Notes: generated by a model not told the origin, from the sequence alone. Counted from the first letter of the whole stretch, positions 11,401 through 21,893 are shown. The stretch: 63,986 nucleotides of DNA, filler included, from Planctomycetota bacterium (GCA_026991575.1; 7 parts of 7 records of this genome joined end to end with filler, not necessarily neighbours in it); one strand, 5' to 3'. Translations and numbers: made by a program.

Positions 11401-13152
11401 ATGGTGATACGGAAGCGGCCAGCGGCCCATCTGCTCGCCCTGCTGTTGCTCTGCAGCATCACGGCTGCCGCGTACCTGCCTGCAGCGCGCGCCGGCTGGC
11501 TGCTCTGGGATGACGCCTCCTACGTTTATCGCAATCAGCTCGTCACCTCCAGTAACTGGTCCGAGCAGCTCCGGCTGTCGTTCGGGTCTATCCAGTGTTC
11601 GAACTACCATCCCCTGACCATGCTCTCGCACGCGCTGCTGTGGCGCGTAGCCGGTGATCAGCCGCTGTGGCACCACGCCGCGAATATCCTGCTCCATCTG
11701 TTGAACGGCGTCCTTGTCTATGCCTTGCTCAACGCGCTACGCGTGCCTGCATTTCTTGCGGTCGGGCTCACAGGCCTGTTCTTGCTTCATCCTGCGGGCG
11801 TGCCGGTGGTGGCCTGGGTTTCGGAGCGCAAGGAGCTCATGGCCACGTTCTTTTACCTGGCCGCCATGCACGCCTGGGTGCGGGGCAGCCATGCCAGCCG
11901 GAACCGGTGGCTGGTGCGAGCGACCGTTCTGGTTTGCGGTCTGGCCGCGTTGCTATCCAAGCCAACGGCCGTTACCCTGCCTGTCCTGCTCCTGTTGGCA
12001 GCGGTCCTCGTTCGTGGCCGACCGGTACTCGGCGATTGGTGGGTTCTGATCGCGTTGAGCGTGGCTGCTGCCGCGCTGGCCGGTGTTACGCTCGTGGCAC
12101 AGAGCCGATCGGCAATCCAGGGCCTGGCATGGGCCGAGCGGCTGCCTCTGGCCTGCCACACGTTCGCCTGGTACGCCGGCCACTGGCTTGTGCCGATCGG
12201 GCTCAGCCCCCACCATCCACGCTATGCTCACTGGTTGAGCTGGGACGCGCATGCCGCAATCGGCGCGGTGCTTGTCGCCGCTGCGGTCGCGGTCGCTGCG
12301 TGGGCGAGGCGCCGCGCGCCAGTTCTGGCTCTCGGGCTGGCCTGGTTCCTCATCTGCTGGCTGCCGATTGCCGGCATCGTGCCTGTGGGTAAGGCAGCCG
12401 TGGCCGACCGTTACCTCTATCTGCCGCAAATCGGCCTGTTGATGGCGGTGGGGACTGCTGTTCATGCGGGGCTGAGTTGGGCGTGCCGGCAGCTGCGGCG
12501 CGGCCGAGGGGCGGTGCTCATCCACAGCGTTGCTGCCGGTGCGATGGCTCTGGTGGTCGGCGTTGCGGTGGTCGCCACACGCAAGTACACGGAAGCGTGG
12601 CAGGACGATGAGAGCCTGTGGCGCTGGGTACTTCGACAGTACCCCGACTCGGGGCTTGCCTGGGTTAATCTCGGGGCGTACTACGCTCAACGGCGCGATG
12701 ACGCGGCGAGGGCCCGGGATTGTTTCCGGCGGGCGCGCCAGACGATGGTGGACGGGCAGCAGAAGCTGGCGGCCCTGAACCTGCTTCTGCTTCAGCTGGC
12801 GCGCCGTCCGGATGACCCCGGGCTGCTGATGGCGCTGGAGCAGCTGCTGGAGCAACCGCCGGATGCTGACAATCGGCTCGTCGTGCGGGCAATCCGCGAC
12901 GCTCGCGCGGCGGCGGCACGCGCGGCGTTGCGACGAGGCATGGCACGCGCGGCCCTGCGGCACTGCAGCCGAGGACTGCGCTTCTGCCCGGACGACCCTG
13001 AGCTCATGTACCTGCGCGGACTCTGCTACGCAGCGCTAGGACGCGACGAGTTGGCCGAGCGCGCGTGGCGTGAAGTGATTCGCAATAGCCGAACCCCCGA
13101 ACCATTGCGGCAGTTGGCCGAGGCTCGGCGATCGGAGTTACTACGCCGCTGA
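11401..13152 (+). CDS. TMTC-like membrane glycosyltransferase (GT-C) with C-terminal TPR
   Basis: WDD in first loop, YHPL, NILLH, SERK, ADRYLYLP, many TM helices, TPR-like helical tail; AAGGAGG RBS. Confidence 0.75.
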   Translation: MVIRKRPAAHLLALLLLCSITAAAYLPAARAGWLLWDDASYVYRNQLVTSSNWSEQLRLSFGSIQCSNYHPLTMLSHALLWRVAGDQPLWHHAANILLHLLNGVLVYALLNALRVPAFLAVGLTGLFLLHPAGVPVVAWVSERKELMATFFYLAAMHAWVRGSHASRNRWLVRATVLVCGLAALLSKPTAVTLPVLLLLAAVLVRGRPVLGDWWVLIALSVAAAALAGVTLVAQSRSAIQGLAWAERLPLACHTFAWYAGHWLVPIGLSPHHPRYAHWLSWDAHAAIGAVLVAAAVAVAAWARRRAPVLALGLAWFLICWLPIAGIVPVGKAAVADRYLYLPQIGLLMAVGTAVHAGLSWACRQLRRGRGAVLIHSVAAGAMALVVGVAVVATRKYTEAWQDDESLWRWVLRQYPDSGLAWVNLGAYYAQRRDDAARARDCFRRARQTMVDGQQKLAALNLLLLQLARRPDDPGLLMALEQLLEQPPDADNRLVVRAIRDARAAAARAALRRGMARAALRHCSRGLRFCPDDPELMYLRGLCYAALGRDELAERAWREVIRNSRTPEPLRQLAEARRSELLRR

Positions 13153-13202
13153 TCGCATCCGCTAGTGCGCGCGCCGGCGTTCTGTGGCGCTGGCCGTGAC
13201 GG

Positions 13203-14156
13203 TCATGAGTCTTGCCCACGCGCCGTCGGGAAATCCTCGTGGAACCGCTTCAGCAGCGCGTCAATATTCGCGTCAAGGAAGTAGATCTTGCCGCGCACGT
13301 TCTTGGTCTGTCCCGGCGCAAGACCGCCGACGCGGAAATCGCTGTGCAAGCACGCGATCACTCCCTGAAAGATCTCCTGACAGGGAACAAACGCGATGGC
13401 CATCAGCTTGGACCCGTCCGCCGAGAAACAGCCTACGATCGGGTTCGATGCGACCAGCGGACTGAGGGGGCGAGGGTTCACGTTGTCTGGATCGACGTGC
13501 TTGAGCCGGTACACCTGGCCTGGCGTGTACAGAGCATCGGTTGCCCACGGCTTGGTGGGCATCCGAGCAATCTTGCCGTCGATAAACAGAAACGACTTGC
13601 GGATATACGCCGGATGCAATGCCAGCCGGTCGTCGGTTGTCGTGCCAGTGAACTTCGCCACACGCACGCAGGGCTGAGCCCACCAAACCTGCGAAGCAGT
13701 CTTCGTCGGGTTGTGCAGTGTAATGCGGAAGTCGACTTCGTCGGTGCCCGCTGTGATCACATGACGGACTACGACGCCGTCGACCAGCCGGTCGACAATC
13801 TCGATCCGATGAGGATCGGTCCCGTCATCAACCCGCTTTGAAATGTGTTTGATAACCGTGTCGCCCCAGCGGCGGTGGGTTGAGCCGGGCCGACAGTAGG
13901 CCTCGATGTACCAGACGTCGACGGATGCAGGCAGCTGCCTGCCGGATATGGTCAGCAACCGGTTCTGCCAGTCGATGCGGAGCCGACCGGCCCGCTGTTG
14001 GTGGGCTGAGCGGTCACCATGCCGCGGGCCGCTGAACGGCATCGCACCGGCGAGAACCACAAGCACGGCGATCGGTGCAACCACCGATCGCATCACCTTC
14101 GGGCGTGTTGCTCTCTCTGGCCACCACGACCTCAGCGAGGCGAGCATGCGATTCAT
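13203..14156 (-). CDS. Hypothetical secreted protein
   Basis: 317 aa, GGAGG RBS, hydrophobic N-terminal segment, ordinary globular composition. Confidence 0.7.
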   Translation of the reverse strand: MNRMLASLRSWWPERATRPKVMRSVVAPIAVLVVLAGAMPFSGPRHGDRSAHQQRAGRLRIDWQNRLLTISGRQLPASVDVWYIEAYCRPGSTHRRWGDTVIKHISKRVDDGTDPHRIEIVDRLVDGVVVRHVITAGTDEVDFRITLHNPTKTASQVWWAQPCVRVAKFTGTTTDDRLALHPAYIRKSFLFIDGKIARMPTKPWATDALYTPGQVYRLKHVDPDNVNPRPLSPLVASNPIVGCFSADGSKLMAIAFVPCQEIFQGVIACLHSDFRVGGLAPGQTKNVRGKIYFLDANIDALLKRFHEDFPTARGQDS

Positions 14157-15228
14157 TGGGGCACCTCCCAGCTGTGTTCGGCGTGCCTAACCGATCATAC
14201 CGCCTCCCTCGGCCCCAATCTGGGCTTGTGAGCCATCGGTGCCATCGGTCGTCCCAACCGGAAGTCACCGCTTTTCCCACCTGGATCAGGCCCGGAACCG
14301 TACCCGTGATCGTGTCAGCCACACCATCGGCCGATCACGGAGGGATCGGCCGATGGCTGTTTTCGCCCAATGGAGAAGATCGGAAATGGCGGCGTCGCGC
14401 GAAGCGGCCGGTGGAGGAAGGTAGCCCTGGTCAGGTGTGCGGGGTCCGGCCCGCAGTGGCTAAGGGGCAAGCGGACGGCGGTGCAGGGGGGGGTATGCGC
14501 GTGACACCTTTCAAGCGGACAGCATACGAAACGTTGACGAGCGTACATACAGGGGGTTGCGGGCCAGGCGATGGCGACGGCGTTTCGAGTGAGCCGCCGG
14601 ACCATGTGCGGTCCTGTTGGTCGCACTATGCCGTACCTCCCCCTTGCGGCATGTGCTATGGCGACACCGATGCTGACCCAGAGCCCGAGTGCGAGGCCCC
14701 CGACGACGCATGGTTGGATCGTTTGGTTACCGGAAGCGTACAAAGCCACGCAACTGGAGCTGCAGCGGGTATGGGGTCGGGCCGGGGTGCAGGTGCCGCA
14801 GTCCGACGCGCAGTAGCAGCCAGCGCTGTAGCGGGAAAGGCTCCACGACCGCCAGCTGGAACGCTGCCGTGGGCTGTGTCCCGGCCGGGCAGGCATCGGC
14901 CGGTACGCTGTCGAGGCTGACGTCGTCGCGTATCGCCGAGCGGCTTCGACCCGGTTGCTATGCCGCCGGCGTGATGATGCTTTCCGGCAGGGGGCAGCCG
15001 GTGCAAGTACTTCTGTCTGCTCCAGCGGTGTCGACGCTTCGGTCGGACGGGGTATCTGTACCAGCCCAACCGGCGCGCTGTCGATCGGCTCCGGGTCGTC
15101 GCCGATTGCTATGGACAACTGCCGCGGGGGCGGTATGCTGGCGGCCACACGGTGGGCTACTGGCTCGGGGGCGCGTTTCGGCGAAGTCTCCGGTGGCAAG
15201 AGCAAGACAAGGACGAGGAGCGCACGCA

Positions 15229-15519
15229 ATGGGACGGACACTACTGGCCGCCACGGTAGCGCTTACCGGCATTGGACTCATCGGCTGTACCGCCGCTGCA
15301 CCACCCTACTACGGCGTCCCCTACGGCTCGTACCCGCCACCCCAGACGCGCATCCAGGGCGCGCAGGCCATCCCCCAGCCCCCGCCCACCCACGGCCAAC
15401 AGATGCAGTTCGGGCCGGCCAATTCCCAGCCTGCCGAGTACCACTACGGCCCCAGCAGCTCGCAGGGGGTGGCTCCCGCCGGTGCAATCCAGGGTACCCA
15501 GCCGACACCGGCCCAGGGC
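15229..15519 (+). CDS. Pro/Gln-rich lipoprotein, 3' truncated by contig end
   Basis: GAGGAG RBS, MGRTLLAATVALTGIGLIGC lipobox. Confidence 0.65.
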
Positions 15520-15619
15520 NNNNNNNNNNNNNNNNNNNNNNNNNNNNNNNNNNNNNNNNNNNNTTAATTAATTAANNNNNNNNNNNNNNNNNNNNNNNNN
15601 NNNNNNNNNNNNNNNNNNN
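15520..15619. other. Artificial contig linker
   Basis: N run with central TTAATTAATTAA (stops in six frames). Confidence 0.98.
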
Positions 15620-17125
15620 TGGGATGCGGCCGGTCAGATTGTGGCGTACAGCGGTCCGGAAGGGACGCGCACGTATGCGTACGACCCGCAGGGTCAGCTG
15701 ACGGACGTGTGGGATGGCCAAGGGAACCTGATCGAGTACTACCGCTACACGCCCAATGGCAATCGAACGGAGTCGCACCTGCACGGGACCGGCTATGTAA
15801 CCGGAGCGGACAACCGGTTGCTGTCGGACGGAACCAACGACTACGAGTACGACAACGAAGGCAACCTGATTCGCAAGACGAACACGGTGACCGGCAAGGT
15901 GACGGAGTACACGTGGGACTACCGCAACCGGCTGACGGCGGTGGTGCACAAGGATGGCCAGAGCAATGTGCTGTGGAGTGAGACGTACGTCTACGACGCG
16001 TTCAATCGCCGGATTGCGTTCTACGAGGACCCCGACGGCCCGACCGGCCCAGAGCCGGAGCGGTTCACGTTTGTGCTGCATGACCTGGCCCAGCGTCCAA
16101 CGGCCGAGCAGGTTGCCCAGGGCGGGTTGGCCCCGTATGTGGATGGCATCTACGAGAGCGCGATCTTCGCGGCCAACCCGATTGCCGACTTCACGGACCC
16201 GGACACTTCGGACGGCATCACTCCGCAGCCCACCGAGCGCAGCCTCTACGCCCCCGCCGTCGACTCCCTCCTCGCCCGCGAGGACGCCCCCGGCGAGATC
16301 ACCTTCGACCTCACCGACTACCGCGGCAGCGTACGCGGGTGGGTCGATCCGGACGGTACGATGCTCGAGACCATAGCCTACGAGAGCTTTGGCCTACCCG
16401 TAGGGGGCTGGTCGAGTACGTCCCGCTCTGGCTACACGGGAAGGCCCCACACGCTCCGCTTTGGCGCATGGGCCATGCGGGCCCGCTTCTACCACCCTGC
16501 ATCGGGTCGTTTCACAAGCCTTGATCCCCTGGGATTTGTTGCCGTAGCTGCACGGCTTTATGGTTACGTCTCGAATCGTCCGACGTCCCTTTCCGACAAC
16601 GTCGGGCTGCGCGCACATCGGCCCCAGCTAGCCGAGTGGATCCGTGCCCTGCGCCTGCGAGACTATCTCTACTACCTCCTCAACCCTTCCGCAATGGACA
16701 GGGATCTGCGGTACGCCTCCTACGCGGCGTGGGGAACGGCCGGCCTGTGCACCGCCACCGCAGGCCTCTACGGGCCAGCTTACTGCGGTGCAACGCAGCT
16801 GGGCACCACCCCGCTTTGCCTCCTGCCGCTTCAGCTGGGAGCGGAATGGTATGTTCGCTCCGGCGCCATCCTGCTGCACGCCCATGTTGCGGAGACAGCG
16901 TTTTCCAAAGCTGCAAACCGAAGGCCCTATGCGCTCTTCCAAACCGTCTACCGCTGGATTGTGATCGGCACACCCCCTATGCCTGACACGCGACATGTCG
17001 ACGGTCTCAAGTACCTCGTTCGCGGCACCTTCTCTAGAAGCGACGGCATCTACAAGTTAGTCATCCGGGTGCGACCGGATTACGTGGAAGTAATACATTT
17101 CTCATTTGACAGCAGGAGGTACTGA
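15620..17125 (+). CDS. Rhs protein 3' part: YD repeats, core and C-terminal toxin-like domain (5' truncated)
   Basis: YxYD repeats; core GYTGR...RARFYHPASGRFTSLDPLG...YGYVSNRPTSLSDNVGL; about 171-aa extension follows. Confidence 0.92.
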   Translation, partial: WDAAGQIVAYSGPEGTRTYAYDPQGQLTDVWDGQGNLIEYYRYTPNGNRTESHLHGTGYVTGADNRLLSDGTNDYEYDNEGNLIRKTNTVTGKVTEYTWDYRNRLTAVVHKDGQSNVLWSETYVYDAFNRRIAFYEDPDGPTGPEPERFTFVLHDLAQRPTAEQVAQGGLAPYVDGIYESAIFAANPIADFTDPDTSDGITPQPTERSLYAPAVDSLLAREDAPGEITFDLTDYRGSVRGWVDPDGTMLETIAYESFGLPVGGWSSTSRSGYTGRPHTLRFGAWAMRARFYHPASGRFTSLDPLGFVAVAARLYGYVSNRPTSLSDNVGLRAHRPQLAEWIRALRLRDYLYYLLNPSAMDRDLRYASYAAWGTAGLCTATAGLYGPAYCGATQLGTTPLCLLPLQLGAEWYVRSGAILLHAHVAETAFSKAANRRPYALFQTVYRWIVIGTPPMPDTRHVDGLKYLVRGTFSRSDGIYKLVIRVRPDYVEVIHFSFDSRRY

Positions 17126-17129
17126 TGGG

Positions 17130-17663
17130 ATGTCAGAACATTCGCTTGTGCCTCGTTATGAAGTTCGTCAAGAGAACATATTGGATGCATTGGTTTACCA
17201 TGATGGGTATGCCTTCTATTTTTCCAGCCCAGCCCTCCACGATCCTTCTTCGCAGGGAGTGGCACGGATTGGCTATGGCGATGCCTCCGTACAGGTACAT
17301 TTACCGACAGGGCGCGTGGGCGGAGTCGAGGGGTTCATTCCTACCGATACTTGGCGTGCACAACCTGTTCAGCTTCCGGCCGCTCGACGCGCGGCGATTT
17401 ACGTAGTGAATGTGGAGGCGCTGCCACTTACACCAGGGGTAACCTGGTGCCTGAAGCAACGGTACCTTAGTGGAGTCTCCATCGACCCGGAGACTGGCTG
17501 GTGCCACATCGGCATGCAACCGGACGAGACCTCGGTCGTCATCGAGGTGGCTCGCGGGGTTCGGTTTGTCCTTCGTATCGACGCCATCATAGGCGCGTAC
17601 GTGCGCCCGGCGAATATCGAGGAAGTATGGCCTTCTGGGATATCCAGTCAGACGCGCATCTGA
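17130..17663 (+). CDS. Putative Rhs immunity protein
   Basis: Starts 4 nt after the Rhs stop, AGGAGG RBS inside the toxin 3' end; paralog at 19007. Confidence 0.72.
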   Translation: MSEHSLVPRYEVRQENILDALVYHDGYAFYFSSPALHDPSSQGVARIGYGDASVQVHLPTGRVGGVEGFIPTDTWRAQPVQLPAARRAAIYVVNVEALPLTPGVTWCLKQRYLSGVSIDPETGWCHIGMQPDETSVVIEVARGVRFVLRIDAIIGAYVRPANIEEVWPSGISSQTRI

Positions 17664-17959
17664 GCGGCTACACGGACACCGGTCGCCCTCCAGCAATCGG
17701 TTCGGTGGCCCTTACTGTCGTGGTGAGCGTAGCGTCTGAAGAAGCCGATGACGCTGAACGACTTGTCACAGGCTGTAGGCCCTAGGGGATGTCGTGGCTC
17801 GGACGCTACGGATTCGGTGGGTGGCACACCTGTCAACGCTAACAGGCCAGCGCCGCCACTGATCCAATCCGCGCCGCGAGCTGGTGACCGGACCGGTGCT
17901 GGCATTATCTGGAACCCTGCGTGGGACAAACCACGTTCGCCCGATCAAGGCGTGGTCCC

Positions 17960-18785
17960 GTAGTACGAGAAGGTCTTTACACGATCGGTTGGACCCGCTG
18001 GACGTCAGTTCTGTGGCATGGAGGTTCGGCGCGGTGCCTCAAGCAAGCCGTTTTAACGCCTTGACCGGAGCCTCCACGAAGTGGTTTCCGGACTTGTCTC
18101 CACCTCGTGGTGACGCCAGTGGTCCGTTGGTGCCCATTCACGGGAGGGCGTGCCGAGGGACGCAGCGTGGGCGACCTTGGAGAGCAGTGCTGCAGGTGAC
18201 GACGCCATGGGACACGCAGGAGAGCCTGGTGTTGCCCAGATCGGCTATCCACCCAGACACGAACGGCATGCCGCGGTTCCGCATCCGACGAATCTCCGTG
18301 AACTAAGACGCGCCCTGGTGACGGGCGACGCTGCTGCGTGCAGCGCCCCACTTGGAGGGCTCGATCGTGGCGAAAGGAGGCAACTACGTGCTGGCGTTGA
18401 AGCCAAAGTGGGGCGACGTCTTACCAGCCGGTGCACGAGCATTCTCTGGCCGCGGCCCGCACTGGGAGGATGTTCGAACTTCCGAGCTGTCAGCAGGACG
18501 AGCGTGGGCGTAGCCGTCGGGAGGCTCCCCGCACGACGGGGCCGGCGGCTCAGCTGGAGACTCTCCCGATGCCTGGCTGCAATGGCATCAGGACGATCGT
18601 CCCGGTGGCGCCTGAGACCACTCACAAGTCGTCTGGGCGGAGGAAAAAGCGGTTACGGTGCTACACCTCCCGCACTAAGCTGGGTGCCGACCTACGTGCG
18701 AAGGCCACCCGGAAGCGCTGGCGGATCGAGAACGAGCCCCGGCGGCCGTTGGATGCTTGGCTTGAGGAGGACCAGATGCGTATTC
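17960..18785 (+). mobile_element. Decayed ISAs1-family (H-repeat) transposase remnant
   Basis: Frameshifted pieces resembling ISAs1 motifs: VPIHGRACRG, LVTGDAAAC, IVAKGGNYVLALK, RCYTS, RWRIEN...LDAWLEEDQMRI; ends approximate. Confidence 0.78.
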
Positions 18786-19006
18786 CACATTTTGCCGCAC
18801 TATGGGGTATACCATTGGTACATCGACTACGACTACTCTTGTCTTTGCATCGAGATACCGTTAATGCTGAGGGACGCATTGATTTGGACGTTGCGCGACT
18901 TGCCTCTAACCCAAGCGATCTGCGTGGTCGGCTCTGTGCATCCTTTCTGCCCACGCGTTGAGCTGCGTCAGCGCTAGCTAGGCGTCATGCTAGGAGTGAC
19001 CAGCTG

Positions 19007-19507
19007 ATGGAAGTTCCGGTTCTCGAAATCCGTGATGTCCCCATACCGCGGGGTCGCGTTGTTCTCGAGGAGCGCCTATATTTCGAGTTCCGGCACTGGC
19101 TCGACGTGCCAATCGTTCCGTTTCCGAGCGCCACGCTGCAGTATGGAGACGCATACTTACCTGTTTTTCTCAGAACCGGTCGATTGGGCCCCCCTGTCGT
19201 CTTCATCACATCGAGCAGATGGCACGTCGATCGGCTGACAATTGGCAGGATACAGCGGGGCGGGGTCTATGTCCGTAACTTTCACGATCTCGGGCTGAGG
19301 GCTGATGCATGCTTTACCGTCGACGTCGATGGATTCACATGTCACTTTGTTGACCCAGAACAGGCCGTTCTCTATACCGGCTTGCGCCCCGATCCAAGAG
19401 ACTCTTGGGTCGAAATCGCTGAAGACGTAGCCCTGGTTCTGCGAGGCAGTACCTTGAGAGGAATCCTTCTACGATCCCGCGACATTCGTGAACTGGTGGA
19501 CTGCTAA
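19007..19507 (+). CDS. Second putative immunity protein, paralog of 17130-17663
   Basis: Colinear similarity: YGDA...TGRxG, YVxN, DPE...GxxPD, ExAxxVxxVLR; AGGAG upstream. Confidence 0.72.
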   Translation: MEVPVLEIRDVPIPRGRVVLEERLYFEFRHWLDVPIVPFPSATLQYGDAYLPVFLRTGRLGPPVVFITSSRWHVDRLTIGRIQRGGVYVRNFHDLGLRADACFTVDVDGFTCHFVDPEQAVLYTGLRPDPRDSWVEIAEDVALVLRGSTLRGILLRSRDIRELVDC

Positions 19508-19658
19508 GCAAAGAAGCGTCCGGTCCTCCAGGATGGACGGACCCTAGCATCGGGACGACCCAACCTCCACCCATGCCACCGTCCTCAGTAGCCCCGTACA
19601 GTACTAGTGCTGACCGCGGTGTCTGGACGAAACACGGCGAGCACATAGAGTTCCCCGC

Positions 19659-20368
19659 GTGGGAAGGGTTACTCTCACCGCGCCGATGGGCTTTGTCACG
19701 AGCTACGCCTACGACGCCGAGCAGCGGCTCCTGTCGGTCACCGACCCGCTGGGCCGCACCACCAGCTACGAACGCGACGCACGCGGCCGGGTCATCGCCA
19801 TCACCGATCCAACCGGCGCCAAGACCACCTTCAGCTGGGATGCCGCCGATCGGCTCGTCCGGCGCACCGACCCGCTGGCAGGCCTGGAGACCAGCCAGAC
19901 TGACTATCAGTACGACAACCTCGATCGGCTCATCGAGCTGGTCGACGCGGAAGGCAGTCGCTGGAAGTGGGAGTATGACTTCGTGGGTAACCGGGTCGCG
20001 GCGATCGATCCGCTGGGGAACCGCTACGAGTGGGACTACGATGCACGCAACCGAGTGATCGCCACCCGAGATCCGCTGGGCAATCAGACCACGATCGCCT
20101 ACACCCTCACCGGCATGGTCGCCGCGGTCACTGACCCCCTGGGCCGCACGACGCGGTACCGCTACAACGCCCGCGACTGGCGGACGGCCATCATCCTGCC
20201 CGATGGCGACAGCGACCCGAACAACAACCCGGAGATCACTCTTGGCTATGATGAGGAAGGCAATCTCATCTCGCTGACCGATGCCGATGGGAACACGACC
20301 CAGTGGCGGTTGGATGCCGTGGATCGGGTCATCGAAGAGATCAACGCGCTGGGGCTGAGCCGCTTCTT
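19659..20368 (+). CDS. Rhs/YD-repeat protein fragment (no N-terminal domain, 3' truncated)
   Basis: Repeated TDPLGRTTxYxYD units; start uncertain. Confidence 0.85.
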
Positions 20369-20468
20369 NNNNNNNNNNNNNNNNNNNNNNNNNNNNNNNN
20401 NNNNNNNNNNNNTTAATTAATTAANNNNNNNNNNNNNNNNNNNNNNNNNNNNNNNNNNNNNNNNNNNN
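20369..20468. other. Artificial contig linker
   Basis: N run with TTAATTAATTAA. Confidence 0.98.
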
Positions 20469-20615
20469 GGACAGGGGGCGGGCGTGCTGCGGCGGTTCAC
20501 GGCTGAAAAACTGGGAAAAATGAAGCGTTTTGTGAATCTGGGACGATAGAAGGGAATAGAAAGCCAGCTCACCCGGCGACGCGCAACGACGAGCAAGTCA
20601 GTTGGAGAGCGACCG

Positions 20616-21842
20616 GTGAAGAAACGCTGTTCGTTTCGGTGGCATGGGCCGCGGACGACACAGGAGGCAATCAAGGCGGCTGGCAAACAGCAACGCATTC
20701 GAAGTTACCGATACCATCGACCCCAGCACCATCGGCCCGGGTGGCGACGGGCACAGGAAACCGGCACGCTGTGCCCGGAGCCTGGTTCGGCAGGCGCGAG
20801 GCCTGAGGAATTGGTGCTTGACCTTGCCGGCCTGGCACACGACCTCCGCGCACCGCTGGCAGCCATCGAGCAGGTCGTGCAGCTGATCGTCGACGAGCAT
20901 CTAGGACGGCTCAGCCCAAAGCAGCACGAGGCGCTGCGCAGTGTGCTGCGCCGCTGCATCGATCTGGAGAACCTCATCGGAAACGTGCTCGATCTGGCCC
21001 GCTCCGAGACTGGCCGCCTGCAAGCAGCCTTCGCACCGGTATCGCTTGCCGAAGTCGTCGCTGCCAGCAGAGACCGGCTGCAGTTCCTGGCCGAGTACCA
21101 TCAGGTACACGTCGACATCGACGGCGTCGACCGGTTGCCCGAAGTCTTTGCCGACCGGGATATGCTGGAACGACTGGTCACGAACCTGCTGAGCAACGCG
21201 CTGAAGGTTAGCCCCAAGGGGGCCAGCGTGCAGGTCCGCGGCGAACTTGCCTCGCTGACCCGCGTTCGACTCGAGGTCCAGGACCAGGGACCCGGCATGG
21301 ATCCGGCCGAGGTGCGCGAGGTGTTGCGGCCATTTGTGCGTGGCACCGCACCGGCTCGTGGTAGCGGTGCCGGTCTGGGGCTGGCCATCGTGCGCCGCTT
21401 GGTCCGGGCGCAGAAGGCGAACTTGACCATCCGTACGTGTCCCGGCAAGGGCACCGCCGTGGGGATCATCTTGCTGCGGTTTGCACCGGATCTGGTCATC
21501 CGGCAGTTCGTGCCGCGCGACCAGGCCTGCGTCGCAGCCCGCTGCGCGCTGCCGGACCAGCGCAGGCTGACACTTGCCCAGCAAGCTCTGGCGCAAGAGC
21601 TCCGCGGCCGTGCTGTGGTCGTGCCCGATCCAGCTTGCCTGACACTCACCATCGTCGCCACCGACAGCGCTGCCAGAACGGATATCGCCAACGCCGTGCA
21701 GCGTGTAGCCGCCCTGTCCGGTCAGCCGATACAAATCCAGTGGCTCGGACGCGACCACTTGCTGCGCAGGGCCGTGCAGGCCGAACCGTCTGCCGGCCAC
21801 GCACTTCCGGCACGGGAAGCCAGCCTGTCACGAGCAAGCTAG
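20616..21842 (+). CDS. Histidine kinase (HisKA + HATPase_c), start uncertain
   Basis: LAHDLRAPL H-box, NLLSNALK N-box, DQGPG, GAGLGLAIV. Confidence 0.88.
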   Translation: MKKRCSFRWHGPRTTQEAIKAAGKQQRIRSYRYHRPQHHRPGWRRAQETGTLCPEPGSAGARPEELVLDLAGLAHDLRAPLAAIEQVVQLIVDEHLGRLSPKQHEALRSVLRRCIDLENLIGNVLDLARSETGRLQAAFAPVSLAEVVAASRDRLQFLAEYHQVHVDIDGVDRLPEVFADRDMLERLVTNLLSNALKVSPKGASVQVRGELASLTRVRLEVQDQGPGMDPAEVREVLRPFVRGTAPARGSGAGLGLAIVRRLVRAQKANLTIRTCPGKGTAVGIILLRFAPDLVIRQFVPRDQACVAARCALPDQRRLTLAQQALAQELRGRAVVVPDPACLTLTIVATDSAARTDIANAVQRVAALSGQPIQIQWLGRDHLLRRAVQAEPSAGHALPAREASLSRAS

Positions 21843-21893
21843 CGCCTTGCTCGCTCGACGCCGTACGCTAGTGCCTGCCGGAGGTGGAACACG

